This document shows, in pieces, positions 46,022-52,938 of a stretch of 53,888 nt of DNA. The DNA comes from Patescibacteria group bacterium (GTDB lineage Bacteria; Patescibacteriota; Minisyncoccia; Minisyncoccales; PEYH01): positions 1-53,888 of the forward strand of contig JAYENY010000001.1 in NCBI GenBank assembly GCA_034722415.1, read 5' to 3'. The notes beneath the pieces were generated by a model. That model saw only the letters and a list, made by a program, of their open reading frames with translations, was not told where the DNA came from and ran no database searches. Every line of letters begins with the position of its first letter. Position 1 is the first letter of the stretch. Position numbers and translations under genes: made by a program.

Positions 46022-46390
46022 TTAATCCTCTAATGTTTTTCTTACTTTCTCTATCACCTCATCTAAGCTATAGTTCGCTTTTATCAGATAGGTTGTAGCT
46101 CCGAGTTCAATTGCTTTCTCCACCTCTCCTACGTTCTCCAAGTTAGTAAGAATTATAACTGGGATATCTTTTGTTTTCTCTTCTGCTCGTAATCCCTCTA
46201 AAACCTCTATCCCATTTTTCTTTGGGAGGATGATGTCTAAAAGTATTAGGTCAGGATTTCCGCTCTTAGCTAATTTTAATCCCATTTCTCCGTCAATAGC
46301 TGACTCAACTTCATACCCTTTGTTGCGAAGAGATTCTCCTAGAGTTTTTTGAATAGCTGCTTCGTCTTCAACAAATAAAATCTTTTTCAT
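46022..46390 (-). CDS. Single-domain response regulator (receiver only)
   Basis: 122 aa. KILFVEDE, DIILPKKNG and TYLIKA. Confidence 0.85.
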   Translation of the reverse strand: MKKILFVEDEAAIQKTLGESLRNKGYEVESAIDGEMGLKLAKSGNPDLILLDIILPKKNGIEVLEGLRAEEKTKDIPVIILTNLENVGEVEKAIELGATTYLIKANYSLDEVIEKVRKTLED

Positions 46391-46413
46391 AATAAATAAT
46401 TAATGATTAATAA

Positions 46414-47358
46414 TTATGCGGTTGGTAATGTAAAATAAAATGTGCTTCCTTTGTCTTTTTTGGAATTAAACCAAATTTTACCATTCATTCCATCAAGAAT
46501 TAATTTAATGATATAAAGACCTAGACCAGTCCCATAGACTTCTGCTCTAACAGCATTCTTTGCACGAAAAAACTTCTGAAAAATTCGCTTTTGATCTTCA
46601 GCTGGAATACCTATGCCTTCATCTTTTATTTCAAATCTTATCCCTTTGTTGAATGCTTTTAATATAATAGATATCTTTTCTCCTTCTTGGCTATAGCGAA
46701 TGGCATTATTAATCAAGTTTTCTACTACTATTTTAATAAGCGGATAGCTAGCCACAACATAAGATAATTTTTCAGGTGCTTTTAAATCTAGTTTAATCTT
46801 AGAATTTTTAACAGCTTTCTCATGCTCTGCAATAATTTCTTCTGTTAATGCTGTTAAAGAAAATTTCGTCTTTTTATTATCTGTTTTTCCTTCCTTTAAT
46901 CGAGTAATTGTAAGTAAATCATCAATTAATCCCTCCATACGGGCACCATTTTGCTTGATAATATCAAAATACTCGATGTTTTGATCTTTGTTGGCAACCG
47001 TAAACTCCTCAGATAGCAAAAATTGAGTTGCCCATCTCAAATTAGTTAGGGGAGCTCTTAATTGATGGGATACAATACTAACAAACTCTGCCTTCATTCT
47101 ATTCGCTTCAGCTAAATCTTCAAAACTATGAGTTATAATAAAAGCGATGATTAAAAAGATCATCGCAACTGCAAGGACAACAAAGGCCACTATTCTTGGA
47201 TCTGTCACGTAATTTTCTCCTATAGCATAAAAAACAGAACTAGAAATCATAATCACGAAGCCCATCACAACAAAAAGAAATTGAGGACATTGCCGAAGAG
47301 GAACATTATATTTCCTGCATTGAGAAAAAATATTAAGTTGGGAAAGTTTTTCACTCAT
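46414..47358 (-). CDS. Sensor histidine kinase with two TMs and almost no extracytoplasmic loop
   Basis: H-box FVSIVSHQLRAPLT, N-box NLINNAIRYS and G-boxes DEGIGI / GTGLGL. I prefer the ATG at 47358 (MSEKLSQ). The track start at 47421 is a GTG inside a terminator hairpin. Confidence 0.85.
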   Translation of the reverse strand: MSEKLSQLNIFSQCRKYNVPLRQCPQFLFVVMGFVIMISSSVFYAIGENYVTDPRIVAFVVLAVAMIFLIIAFIITHSFEDLAEANRMKAEFVSIVSHQLRAPLTNLRWATQFLLSEEFTVANKDQNIEYFDIIKQNGARMEGLIDDLLTITRLKEGKTDNKKTKFSLTALTEEIIAEHEKAVKNSKIKLDLKAPEKLSYVVASYPLIKIVVENLINNAIRYSQEGEKISIILKAFNKGIRFEIKDEGIGIPAEDQKRIFQKFFRAKNAVRAEVYGTGLGLYIIKLILDGMNGKIWFNSKKDKGSTFYFTLPTA

Positions 47359-47387
47359 AGGCTTATCCTTAATTTTAATATTATCTA

Positions 47388-47396
47388 ATTCTAACA
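47388..47396 (-). promoter_or_regulatory. Extended -10 promoter candidate (TGtTAGAAT) for the kinase-receiver-pilB-pilC unit
   Basis: Minus strand reads TGtTAGAAT, about 30 nt upstream of the ATG at 47358. Confidence 0.4.
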
Positions 47397-47403
47397 CATT
47401 TAG

Positions 47404-47436
47404 AAAAAAGCAAAAGTCCACTAATTAACAGTGGAC
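47404..47436 (-). terminator. Rho-independent terminator of the GC-rich membrane-protein gene
   Basis: gtccac-9 nt-gtggac. On the minus strand it is followed by TTTTGCTTTTTT. Confidence 0.6.
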
Positions 47437-47462
47437 AAAAAAAGAGAGGGGGGGGAATACCC

Positions 47463-47879
47463 TCATATATTCCCCTCATTCTCATAAGTCGCGTGTACAT
47501 CTCTGTCTCGTAAAGATTTGAGAGCCATTCTCGCCGAGCAAAAAATCATACAAACAGGCAAGAAAGAGATAGGCCAGCTATAAATGGATCCGGCAGCGAT
47601 TCGAGAAACGTCAGCCCATGTTGGAGGAAAGGATCTCATAAAAACAAACGCCCAACCCCATCTTGCTATCCAGACCCATAGAAACATGCTCCCAATCCAG
47701 ATCAGCGTTTCTGAACTATCTGATCGATTCTCTTGTCCTATCTCCATTCTCTGTTTTTCTGCCAGTATTTTCTTTCTGTCATAAAAAAACATGGCTCCTA
47801 TCATGAACAGACAGATCAAAAACGGAACCCCTAGCTTGGGATGCTGAGCTAGCCATCCTAAATTAGCCAAATATTTCAT
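47463..47879 (-). CDS. Hypothetical polytopic membrane protein, GC-rich relative to surroundings
   Basis: 138 aa with about 4 hydrophobic segments and many Trp residues. An SD, GGAGGT, lies upstream. I recognise no family. Confidence 0.6.
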   Translation of the reverse strand: MKYLANLGWLAQHPKLGVPFLICLFMIGAMFFYDRKKILAEKQRMEIGQENRSDSSETLIWIGSMFLWVWIARWGWAFVFMRSFPPTWADVSRIAAGSIYSWPISFLPVCMIFCSARMALKSLRDRDVHATYENEGNI

Positions 47880-47899
47880 CTCTACGACCTCCTTTTAAG

Positions 47900-47917
47900 C
47901 CAACACCTAGGTGTTGG
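47900..47917. promoter_or_regulatory. Perfect 18-bp palindrome (operator or 5'-UTR hairpin)
   Basis: ccaacacct|aggtgttgg. It lies between the predicted -10 (47929-34) and the SD of 47463..47879. Confidence 0.5.
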
Positions 47918-47928
47918 TAACTAATTTT

Positions 47929-47957
47929 ATTCTAAGCCTATTGTGTGCCGATGTCAA
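47929..47957 (-). promoter_or_regulatory. Near-consensus sigma70 promoter
   Basis: Minus strand reads TTGACA (rc 47952-57), a 17-nt spacer, then TAGAAT (rc 47929-34). Confidence 0.6.
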
Positions 47958-47977
47958 CAGAACTCACTCACTCACTC

Positions 47978-48006
47978 TTCACAAAAGTAGTAATCTGCAG
48001 TATAAT
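47978..48006 (+). promoter_or_regulatory. Promoter of the tRNA-Pro/tRNA-Gly unit
   Basis: TTCACA (47978-83), a 17-nt spacer, then TATAAT (48001-06). The tRNA starts 10 nt downstream. Confidence 0.55.
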
Positions 48007-48015
48007 CCAAAACAT

Positions 48016-48087
48016 CGGGGCATAGTGCAATTGGTAGCACGAGTCCTTTGGGAGGATTTAGTCCCAGTTCGAGTCTGGGTGCCCCGA
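48016..48087 (+). tRNA. tRNA-Pro(UGG)
   Basis: Acceptor CGGGGCA/TGCCCCG, anticodon loop TTTGGGA, T-arm CCCAG-TTCGAGT-CTGGG. Confidence 0.85.
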
Positions 48088-48109
48088 CATTGAGATAAAA
48101 ATATAATAA

Positions 48110-48180
48110 GCGGGGGTAGTTCAACGGTAGAACCTCAGATTTCCAATCTGATAATGCGGGTTCGATTCCCGTCTCCCGCT
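48110..48180 (+). tRNA. tRNA-Gly(UCC)
   Basis: Acceptor GCGGGGG/CTCCCGC, U73, anticodon stem TCAGA/TCTGA with loop TTTCCAA. Confidence 0.85.
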
Positions 48181-48191
48181 CAAAAACTAAA

Positions 48192-48253
48192 AACCACCTA
48201 TTTTTCTATCCGATTCCCTTTTTAAGAGGGGAGGATAGCCGAAGGTGGTTTTT
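48192..48253. terminator. Long bidirectional terminator hairpin
   Basis: aaccacct (48192-99) pairs with aggtggtt (48243-50), with an inner ctatcc/ggatag pairing. T-runs follow on both strands. It lies between the convergent tRNA-Gly and hup. Confidence 0.6.
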
Positions 48254-48266
48254 AATTTCTAAAAAT

Positions 48267-48539
48267 TTATCTAACGATATCTTTTAACGCTTTACCTGAT
48301 TTAAATCTTGGAACAGTTGTAGCTGCAATCTTAATAGCTGCACCTGTTTGAGGGTTACGTCCCATTCTAGCTTTTCTCTTGCTAACTAGAAATTTGCCAA
48401 AGCCAGTTAATACTACTTCGTCTCCTTTTGCTAGTGCTTTTCCAATTTCATCTAAAAGAGTATTTAAAAATTCTCCGGATACTGTTTTAGAAAGCCCTGA
48501 TTTGCTTGCTAAAACTTCAACTAATTGTTGTTTTGTCAT
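48267..48539 (-). CDS. hup: DNA-binding protein HU
   Basis: 90 aa. GFGKFLVSKRKARMGRNPQTGAAIKIAATTVPRFKSGKALKD. Confidence 0.9.
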   Translation of the reverse strand: MTKQQLVEVLASKSGLSKTVSGEFLNTLLDEIGKALAKGDEVVLTGFGKFLVSKRKARMGRNPQTGAAIKIAATTVPRFKSGKALKDIVR

Positions 48540-48591
48540 GTTTTTATATTCCGTTTACTTATTAACTCGACCTTTATTATCTAATTACTTA

Positions 48592-50121
48592 TTACTTAGC
48601 GTATTCTATCACTCTTTTCTCCCTAATTGCAATAACCTTGATCTCTCCTGGGTATTTTAACTCTTCAGCGATGTTCTTGGCAATATCTCGTGCTAGTTTT
48701 TGAGTTGCCATATCATCTAGCCTGTCTGGGCTAACAAAAACCCTTAATTCTCTTCCTGCTTGAATAGCATATGCTTTTTCCACTCCCTCAAAAGAGGTTG
48801 CTATGCCCTCTAGATCGCTTAGTCGTTTAAGGTAATTTTCAAGAGTATCTTTTCTAGCTCCAGGCCTTGCTCCGGAAATTTGATCAGCAGCTTGGACAAT
48901 ATGGGCCTCAAGAGTTTCATAAGGATATTCTTCGTGATGAGATTTCATTGCAGCGATAACTTCTTTCTCAACGCCAAATTTCTCTAAAATTTTAATTCCT
49001 ATATCAACGTGAGATCCTTGCACTTGATGATCAATCGCTTTACCAATATCGTGGAGAAGTCCTGCTTTACGAGCTACTTTAACATCTGCTCCAATCTCTT
49101 CAGCCAACATTCCGCTCAATAATGAAACCTCTATAGAATGCAATAAAACATTCTGTCCATAACTAGTTCTAAAGCGTAATCGGCCCAATAGCTCAATCAG
49201 CTTCGGCTGAAGATCAAGCACTCCTGTTTCATAAATTGCTGTTTCTCCTGCTTTCTTTATTTGTTCAGATACTTCTTCCTCTACACGGAGAACTATCTCT
49301 TCAATTCTGGCTGGTTGAATGCGACCATCCTTAATTAATCGTTCCATTGCTAGTTTAGCAATATGACGACGCAAAGGATTAAATCCAGAAATAGTTATTG
49401 CTTCTGGAGTTTCGTCAACTAAAACTTCAACGCCTGTAGCTTTTTCAAATGCTCTAATATTTCTCCCTTCTTTCCCAATTATTCTTCCCTTTATTTTATC
49501 AGAAGGAAGAACAACTGTACTTGTTGTACTATCTTGAGCTTGAGAAAGAGCAAATCTCTGAATTGCAAGAGTCAAAATCTCTTTTGCCTTTTGTCTAAAC
49601 TTTTCCTCTCCATCTTTCTCTAATCTCATCATTTTCTCTAAAATCTCTCTTTGAGATTCTTTCTCTACTCTTAACAAAAGCTCTTTTCTAGCTTCGTCTT
49701 GATGAAGTTGAGAAATGCCTTCTAATTTTTGAATCTCCTGACTTACTAAAGAGTTCAATTTTTCTTTCAACTCTTTTATTTCGTCTGCTTTTTCATAAAT
49801 CTCTTTTTCTCTGTTGTCTAAGCCGACAATTCTAGTTTGAAGATTGTTCTCTCTTTTTAAGAGAAATCCTTCTGTTTTAGAGAGCTCTCTTTTTCTAGTT
49901 TCTTCTTCACCTCTGGCTTTTTTAATTATATCTGAGGATCTGCGATCAGCGTCTTTTTTAATTGTCTCAGCTTCTTTCTTTGCATGAGCAATTCTTTTCT
50001 CAATCCTTTCTTCTAGGCTGCCGATTTGCTTCTTGGCAATAGATTGACGAGTTAGGTATCCTAAGAATGAACCGATGACAACACCTGCAATACCTACTAT
50101 CAATAGGGTAAGTTGAATCAT
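48592..50121 (-). CDS. rny: Ribonuclease Y
   Basis: N-terminal TM, a long coiled coil, KH domain (GRIIGKEGRNIRAFE) and HD domain (LLHDIGK). Confidence 0.9.
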   Translation of the reverse strand: MIQLTLLIVGIAGVVIGSFLGYLTRQSIAKKQIGSLEERIEKRIAHAKKEAETIKKDADRRSSDIIKKARGEEETRKRELSKTEGFLLKRENNLQTRIVGLDNREKEIYEKADEIKELKEKLNSLVSQEIQKLEGISQLHQDEARKELLLRVEKESQREILEKMMRLEKDGEEKFRQKAKEILTLAIQRFALSQAQDSTTSTVVLPSDKIKGRIIGKEGRNIRAFEKATGVEVLVDETPEAITISGFNPLRRHIAKLAMERLIKDGRIQPARIEEIVLRVEEEVSEQIKKAGETAIYETGVLDLQPKLIELLGRLRFRTSYGQNVLLHSIEVSLLSGMLAEEIGADVKVARKAGLLHDIGKAIDHQVQGSHVDIGIKILEKFGVEKEVIAAMKSHHEEYPYETLEAHIVQAADQISGARPGARKDTLENYLKRLSDLEGIATSFEGVEKAYAIQAGRELRVFVSPDRLDDMATQKLARDIAKNIAEELKYPGEIKVIAIREKRVIEYAK

Positions 50122-50248
50122 ATTTTATATTGGAAGACTGGTAAAACATTTTAGATTGTTATTAGAATCACCGAATTCCAAGCTTAATTACTAGTGTTTG
50201 AATAAAATCTATCAAAAGAAACCTTATTTGTAAAGCTTTTTTAATTTT

Positions 50249-50836
50249 TTATTTCTTTTTTGCTTCTATAACTGTATCAATTAATCCGTATTCTTTAGCA
50301 TCTTGAGCAGAAAGATAAAAATCTCTATCTGTATCGCTTGCAATCTTTTTTAATGGCTGGCCAGTAAGTTTAGCTAAAATCTTATTAAGTTTATCCTTTA
50401 TCTTTATAATCTGTTTCGCAGTAATTTCAATTGCGCTTGCCTCTCCACTTACTCCGCCAGCAACTTGGTGAATCAAAATTTCACCATTAGGTAATGCAAA
50501 TCTTTTTCCTTTTGCCCCAGCCGCTAAAAGAACGGCTCCCATAGATGCTGCTAATCCGACACACACCGTGCTAACTGGGCAATTAACATATTGCATGGTG
50601 TCGTAAATAGCTAACCCAGCAGTCACAGAGCCACCTGGGCTATTAATGTATAGCTTAATCTCTTTCTTTGGATCTTTGCTTGCTAGAAAAAGTATCTGAG
50701 CAATAATCGAATTTGCTGTTGTGTCAGAAATTGGCCCAGCTAGGAATATAATTCTATCCTCTAATAGGCGAGAATAAATATCATAAGCTCTTTCTCTCTG
50801 TCCATCTTTTTCAATAACTGTAGGAATTAAATTCAT
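50249..50836 (-). CDS. clpP: ATP-dependent Clp protease proteolytic subunit
   Basis: 195 aa. [15 protein letters not shown], catalytic [11 protein letters not shown] and a His in the LIHQ context. Confidence 0.95.
   Translation of the reverse strand: MNLIPTVIEKDGQRERAYDIYSRLLEDRIIFLAGPISDTTANSIIAQILFLASKDPKKEIKLYINSPGGSVTAGLAIYDTMQYVNCPVSTVCVGLAASMGAVLLAAGAKGKRFALPNGEILIHQVAGGVSGEASAIEITAKQIIKIKDKLNKILAKLTGQPLKKIASDTDRDFYLSAQDAKEYGLIDTVIEAKKK
50807..50836. repeat. Direct repeat copy A (first 10 codons of clpP)
   Basis: The 30 nt tttttcaataactgtaggaattaaattcat are identical to 52385..52414. Confidence 0.9.
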
Positions 50837-50914
50837 AATAATTTGTATTAAATATTAATCAATTAGATCCTCCCTTACATCCTCCGGGACGATGTAAGCT
50901 ATTTAATTTGATTT

Positions 50915-51592
50915 TTAATCAATAAATTTGAATGTCGAAAGAATTTCGTCATAGATTAGGTCTTTTTTATCCCAAGAAACAGTTCCCCAAAAAGCGTAAG
51001 CAAAATTATCTGTACGAACGATAAATTTATGTTCATCGTGTATTCCTGTATCGTAAACTTGATCGGCGATACCGCAAATAAATTCCTTAGTTTGTTTACC
51101 ATCAATTTTCAAATCAGAATTTTTATTTTCGGTTATCATACCCATGACACCAGAATGAGCGATGGTTTCATCGGATTCGTGAGAATACCATATCTCGATA
51201 TTGATATTCCGAGACCAAGGATAAAACTCATAATTTTTATCTTTGTCTGCAGAGAACAAAAGATGTGCTGCACAAGAGCCAATACTAAATCTCTTTTCAG
51301 CAATGTGCCATTCTTCCGGATATTTTACCTCAAATCCATATTCATCGCTCCTATAAACTTCCCAATCAGCCATTTCGTCAGCTCGAGGAGTGGAGGTCGG
51401 GGAGGGCGACAGAGTTGGGGTTGGCGACGGGTTTGGGCTAATTGTAGAACTTGGAGAAGGAACGACTTCTGGTAAAAATTGCCAAACCAGAACACCTGCC
51501 ACAACCGCTACTAAAAGAACAACGAGAATCCCTGTCGGCGTAGAAATTTCTTTGTAAGATATTGCTTGAGATTCTTTTTGTTTCTTCTTCAT
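50915..51592 (-). CDS. Membrane-anchored/secreted hypothetical protein with a Pro/Ser/Thr-rich linker
   Basis: 225 aa. Signal anchor GILVVLLVAVVAGVLVW, linker PSPSSTISPNPSPTPTLSPSPTSTP, then a globular domain starting WEVYRSDEYGFEVKYPEEW. Confidence 0.6.
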   Translation of the reverse strand: MKKKQKESQAISYKEISTPTGILVVLLVAVVAGVLVWQFLPEVVPSPSSTISPNPSPTPTLSPSPTSTPRADEMADWEVYRSDEYGFEVKYPEEWHIAEKRFSIGSCAAHLLFSADKDKNYEFYPWSRNINIEIWYSHESDETIAHSGVMGMITENKNSDLKIDGKQTKEFICGIADQVYDTGIHDEHKFIVRTDNFAYAFWGTVSWDKKDLIYDEILSTFKFID

Positions 51593-51649
51593 GACCTTAA
51601 TTATGCTAATTACAAATTATTGATTATTTTTTCCGAGGACAAACTTATA

Positions 51650-51985
51650 TCAATTTAATTTTAACTCAAAACCGGTTCTCTTAATCTCGTTAAGAAAGGC
51701 GCTGCTTGTTGCAAAATCTTCCTCTGTAAATCCTACTGGCTCTAATCCAGCCATCACTTCCTCTCTTTTTCTCTTGGTGAGCAAAAATTCTACGGCTTTT
51801 AATGCGTTCTTAAATTTAGGAGAAATAATACAGACATCTATGTCTGACCAAGTATGTGTTTTCCCCGTAGCTTGAGAGCCAAAAATCATTACTCTCTTTA
51901 TTGGTAATTTTTCTTCTTCTGACAAGCGTTGAGTATAATTCCTCACTATTTTAGCTACTTTTTTTGAAACTCTTTTTTTAGCCAT
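51650..51985 (-). CDS. Minimal nucleotidyltransferase (MNT) domain protein, putative antitoxin
   Basis: 111 aa. The pol-beta NTase motif is FGSQATGKTHTWSDIDV (GS...DxD). Confidence 0.75.
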   Translation of the reverse strand: MAKKRVSKKVAKIVRNYTQRLSEEEKLPIKRVMIFGSQATGKTHTWSDIDVCIISPKFKNALKAVEFLLTKRKREEVMAGLEPVGFTEEDFATSSAFLNEIKRTGFELKLN

Positions 51986-52368
51986 AAAAGTAAATTTTTG
52001 GTAATCTCTAAATATTCTGCGGCTACCGCTTTATTATTATATTTTTGATAAAATTCAAACTTCTCTTCAGAATACCGACCAGCAATATTAAAAGTAAAAA
52101 TTTTATCTAAAGCCATTTGTTGCTCTTTGGTTAAATTCACTCCAGCCAATTCTGCCAATCTTCGCAAATCGTGGACAAAAGGAGCAAATTCCTTGGTTTT
52201 CTTTATAAATAGGGCTTTGAGTATTTTCTCCAAGCTTAAATGACAGAAAAACAACGATTGAGGGTAAAGTCCTTTCTCAAACAAAATTTTCGCTGCCTTA
52301 AAATCGTTGAAGGAACTCTCTCTCCAATATTTTATGCTTTTTTGAAGATAATTGGAATCTATCTTCAT
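51955..52368 (-). CDS. HEPN-domain protein, putative toxin partner of MNT
   Basis: All-helical, with HDLRRLAELAG and AGRYSEE segments typical of MNT-associated HEPN proteins. 31-nt overlap with the MNT gene. I prefer the ATG at 52368 over the TTG at 52392, which lies inside the duplicated clpP fragment. Confidence 0.65.
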   Translation of the reverse strand: MKIDSNYLQKSIKYWRESSFNDFKAAKILFEKGLYPQSLFFCHLSLEKILKALFIKKTKEFAPFVHDLRRLAELAGVNLTKEQQMALDKIFTFNIAGRYSEEKFEFYQKYNNKAVAAEYLEITKNLLLWLKKEFQKK

Positions 52369-52372
52369 GGAT

Positions 52373-52414
52373 TTAATTATAAATTTTTTCAATAACTGTA
52401 GGAATTAAATTCAT
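52373..52414 (-). pseudogene. Relic copy of the clpP 5' end ([10 protein letters not shown] then IYN*), direct repeat copy B
   Basis: 52385..52414 is identical to 50807..50836. Its ATG overlaps the NUDIX stop codon as ATGA. Confidence 0.85.
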
Positions 52415-52932
52415 GATTTTAATATTAATTCTTTTGCTTTTTTAAGAAGAGTTAAATCTCTTTTAACAATAAATTTTCCGTCATAGGTAGTAGGATTGTC
52501 TTGTTCTAAAAAATCAATAGCCTGATCTATCGGCACCCATAATGATTCAAATTGATTCTCTATCTCCTCCTTGTCAAATTGCGGTTTTGATAATTCTCCT
52601 CTTATCTTTGCGAGATAACAATAATTTATTTGCAGTTTATCTATTTTATTCCTATATTCTATGATAATACCTATTGCGTCCCCAATTTCTATTTCGCATC
52701 CCGCTTCCTCACGAACTTCTCTCCTTAACGCCTGCTCTATTGTTTCGTGATCTTCAACTCCTCCTCCTGGGAGTTTATGATAATTGTGCTTAGAAACAAA
52801 TTCAAGGGCAATCTCATTTTTATCATTAATAACAACTCCGCGAACAGCTTTTCTTAAGCGATAAGGCTTATCAAATCTTTCTATCTCGCCATTATTGGTG
52901 TCTTTATCTGTTATTTCTAATAGAAGCTCCAT
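52411..52932 (-). CDS. NUDIX hydrolase
   Basis: Nudix box GGGVEDHETIEQALRREVREEAG. Confidence 0.85.
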   Translation of the reverse strand: MELLLEITDKDTNNGEIERFDKPYRLRKAVRGVVINDKNEIALEFVSKHNYHKLPGGGVEDHETIEQALRREVREEAGCEIEIGDAIGIIIEYRNKIDKLQINYCYLAKIRGELSKPQFDKEEIENQFESLWVPIDQAIDFLEQDNPTTYDGKFIVKRDLTLLKKAKELILKS

Positions 52933-52938
52933 TTCTGT

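Noticed and set aside
47448-47455. G8 homopolymer, striking in an AT-rich genome, as a phase-variation tract
   Set aside because: It lies in non-coding DNA between a stop codon and a terminator. Length changes would alter no reading frame and no promoter spacing.
47463-47879. Possibility that the polytopic membrane protein next to locus 2 is the missing prepilin peptidase
   Set aside because: At 138 aa it is too short. It also lacks the two conserved Asp-containing motifs (GxGD-type) of PilD/A24 peptidases.
47962-47977. (CTCA)n microsatellite upstream of the tRNA-Pro promoter
   Set aside because: There are fewer than four units. It lies outside both -35 boxes and I see no evidence of function.
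47911-48093. 60-aa plus-strand ORF
   Set aside because: It spans promoter DNA and tRNA-Pro.
50122-50248. TATAAA hexamer immediately before the rny ATG, as a leaderless-mRNA promoter
   Set aside because: The spacing would put the transcription start inside the ORF, and there is no supporting -35 box. It cannot be judged without RNA data.
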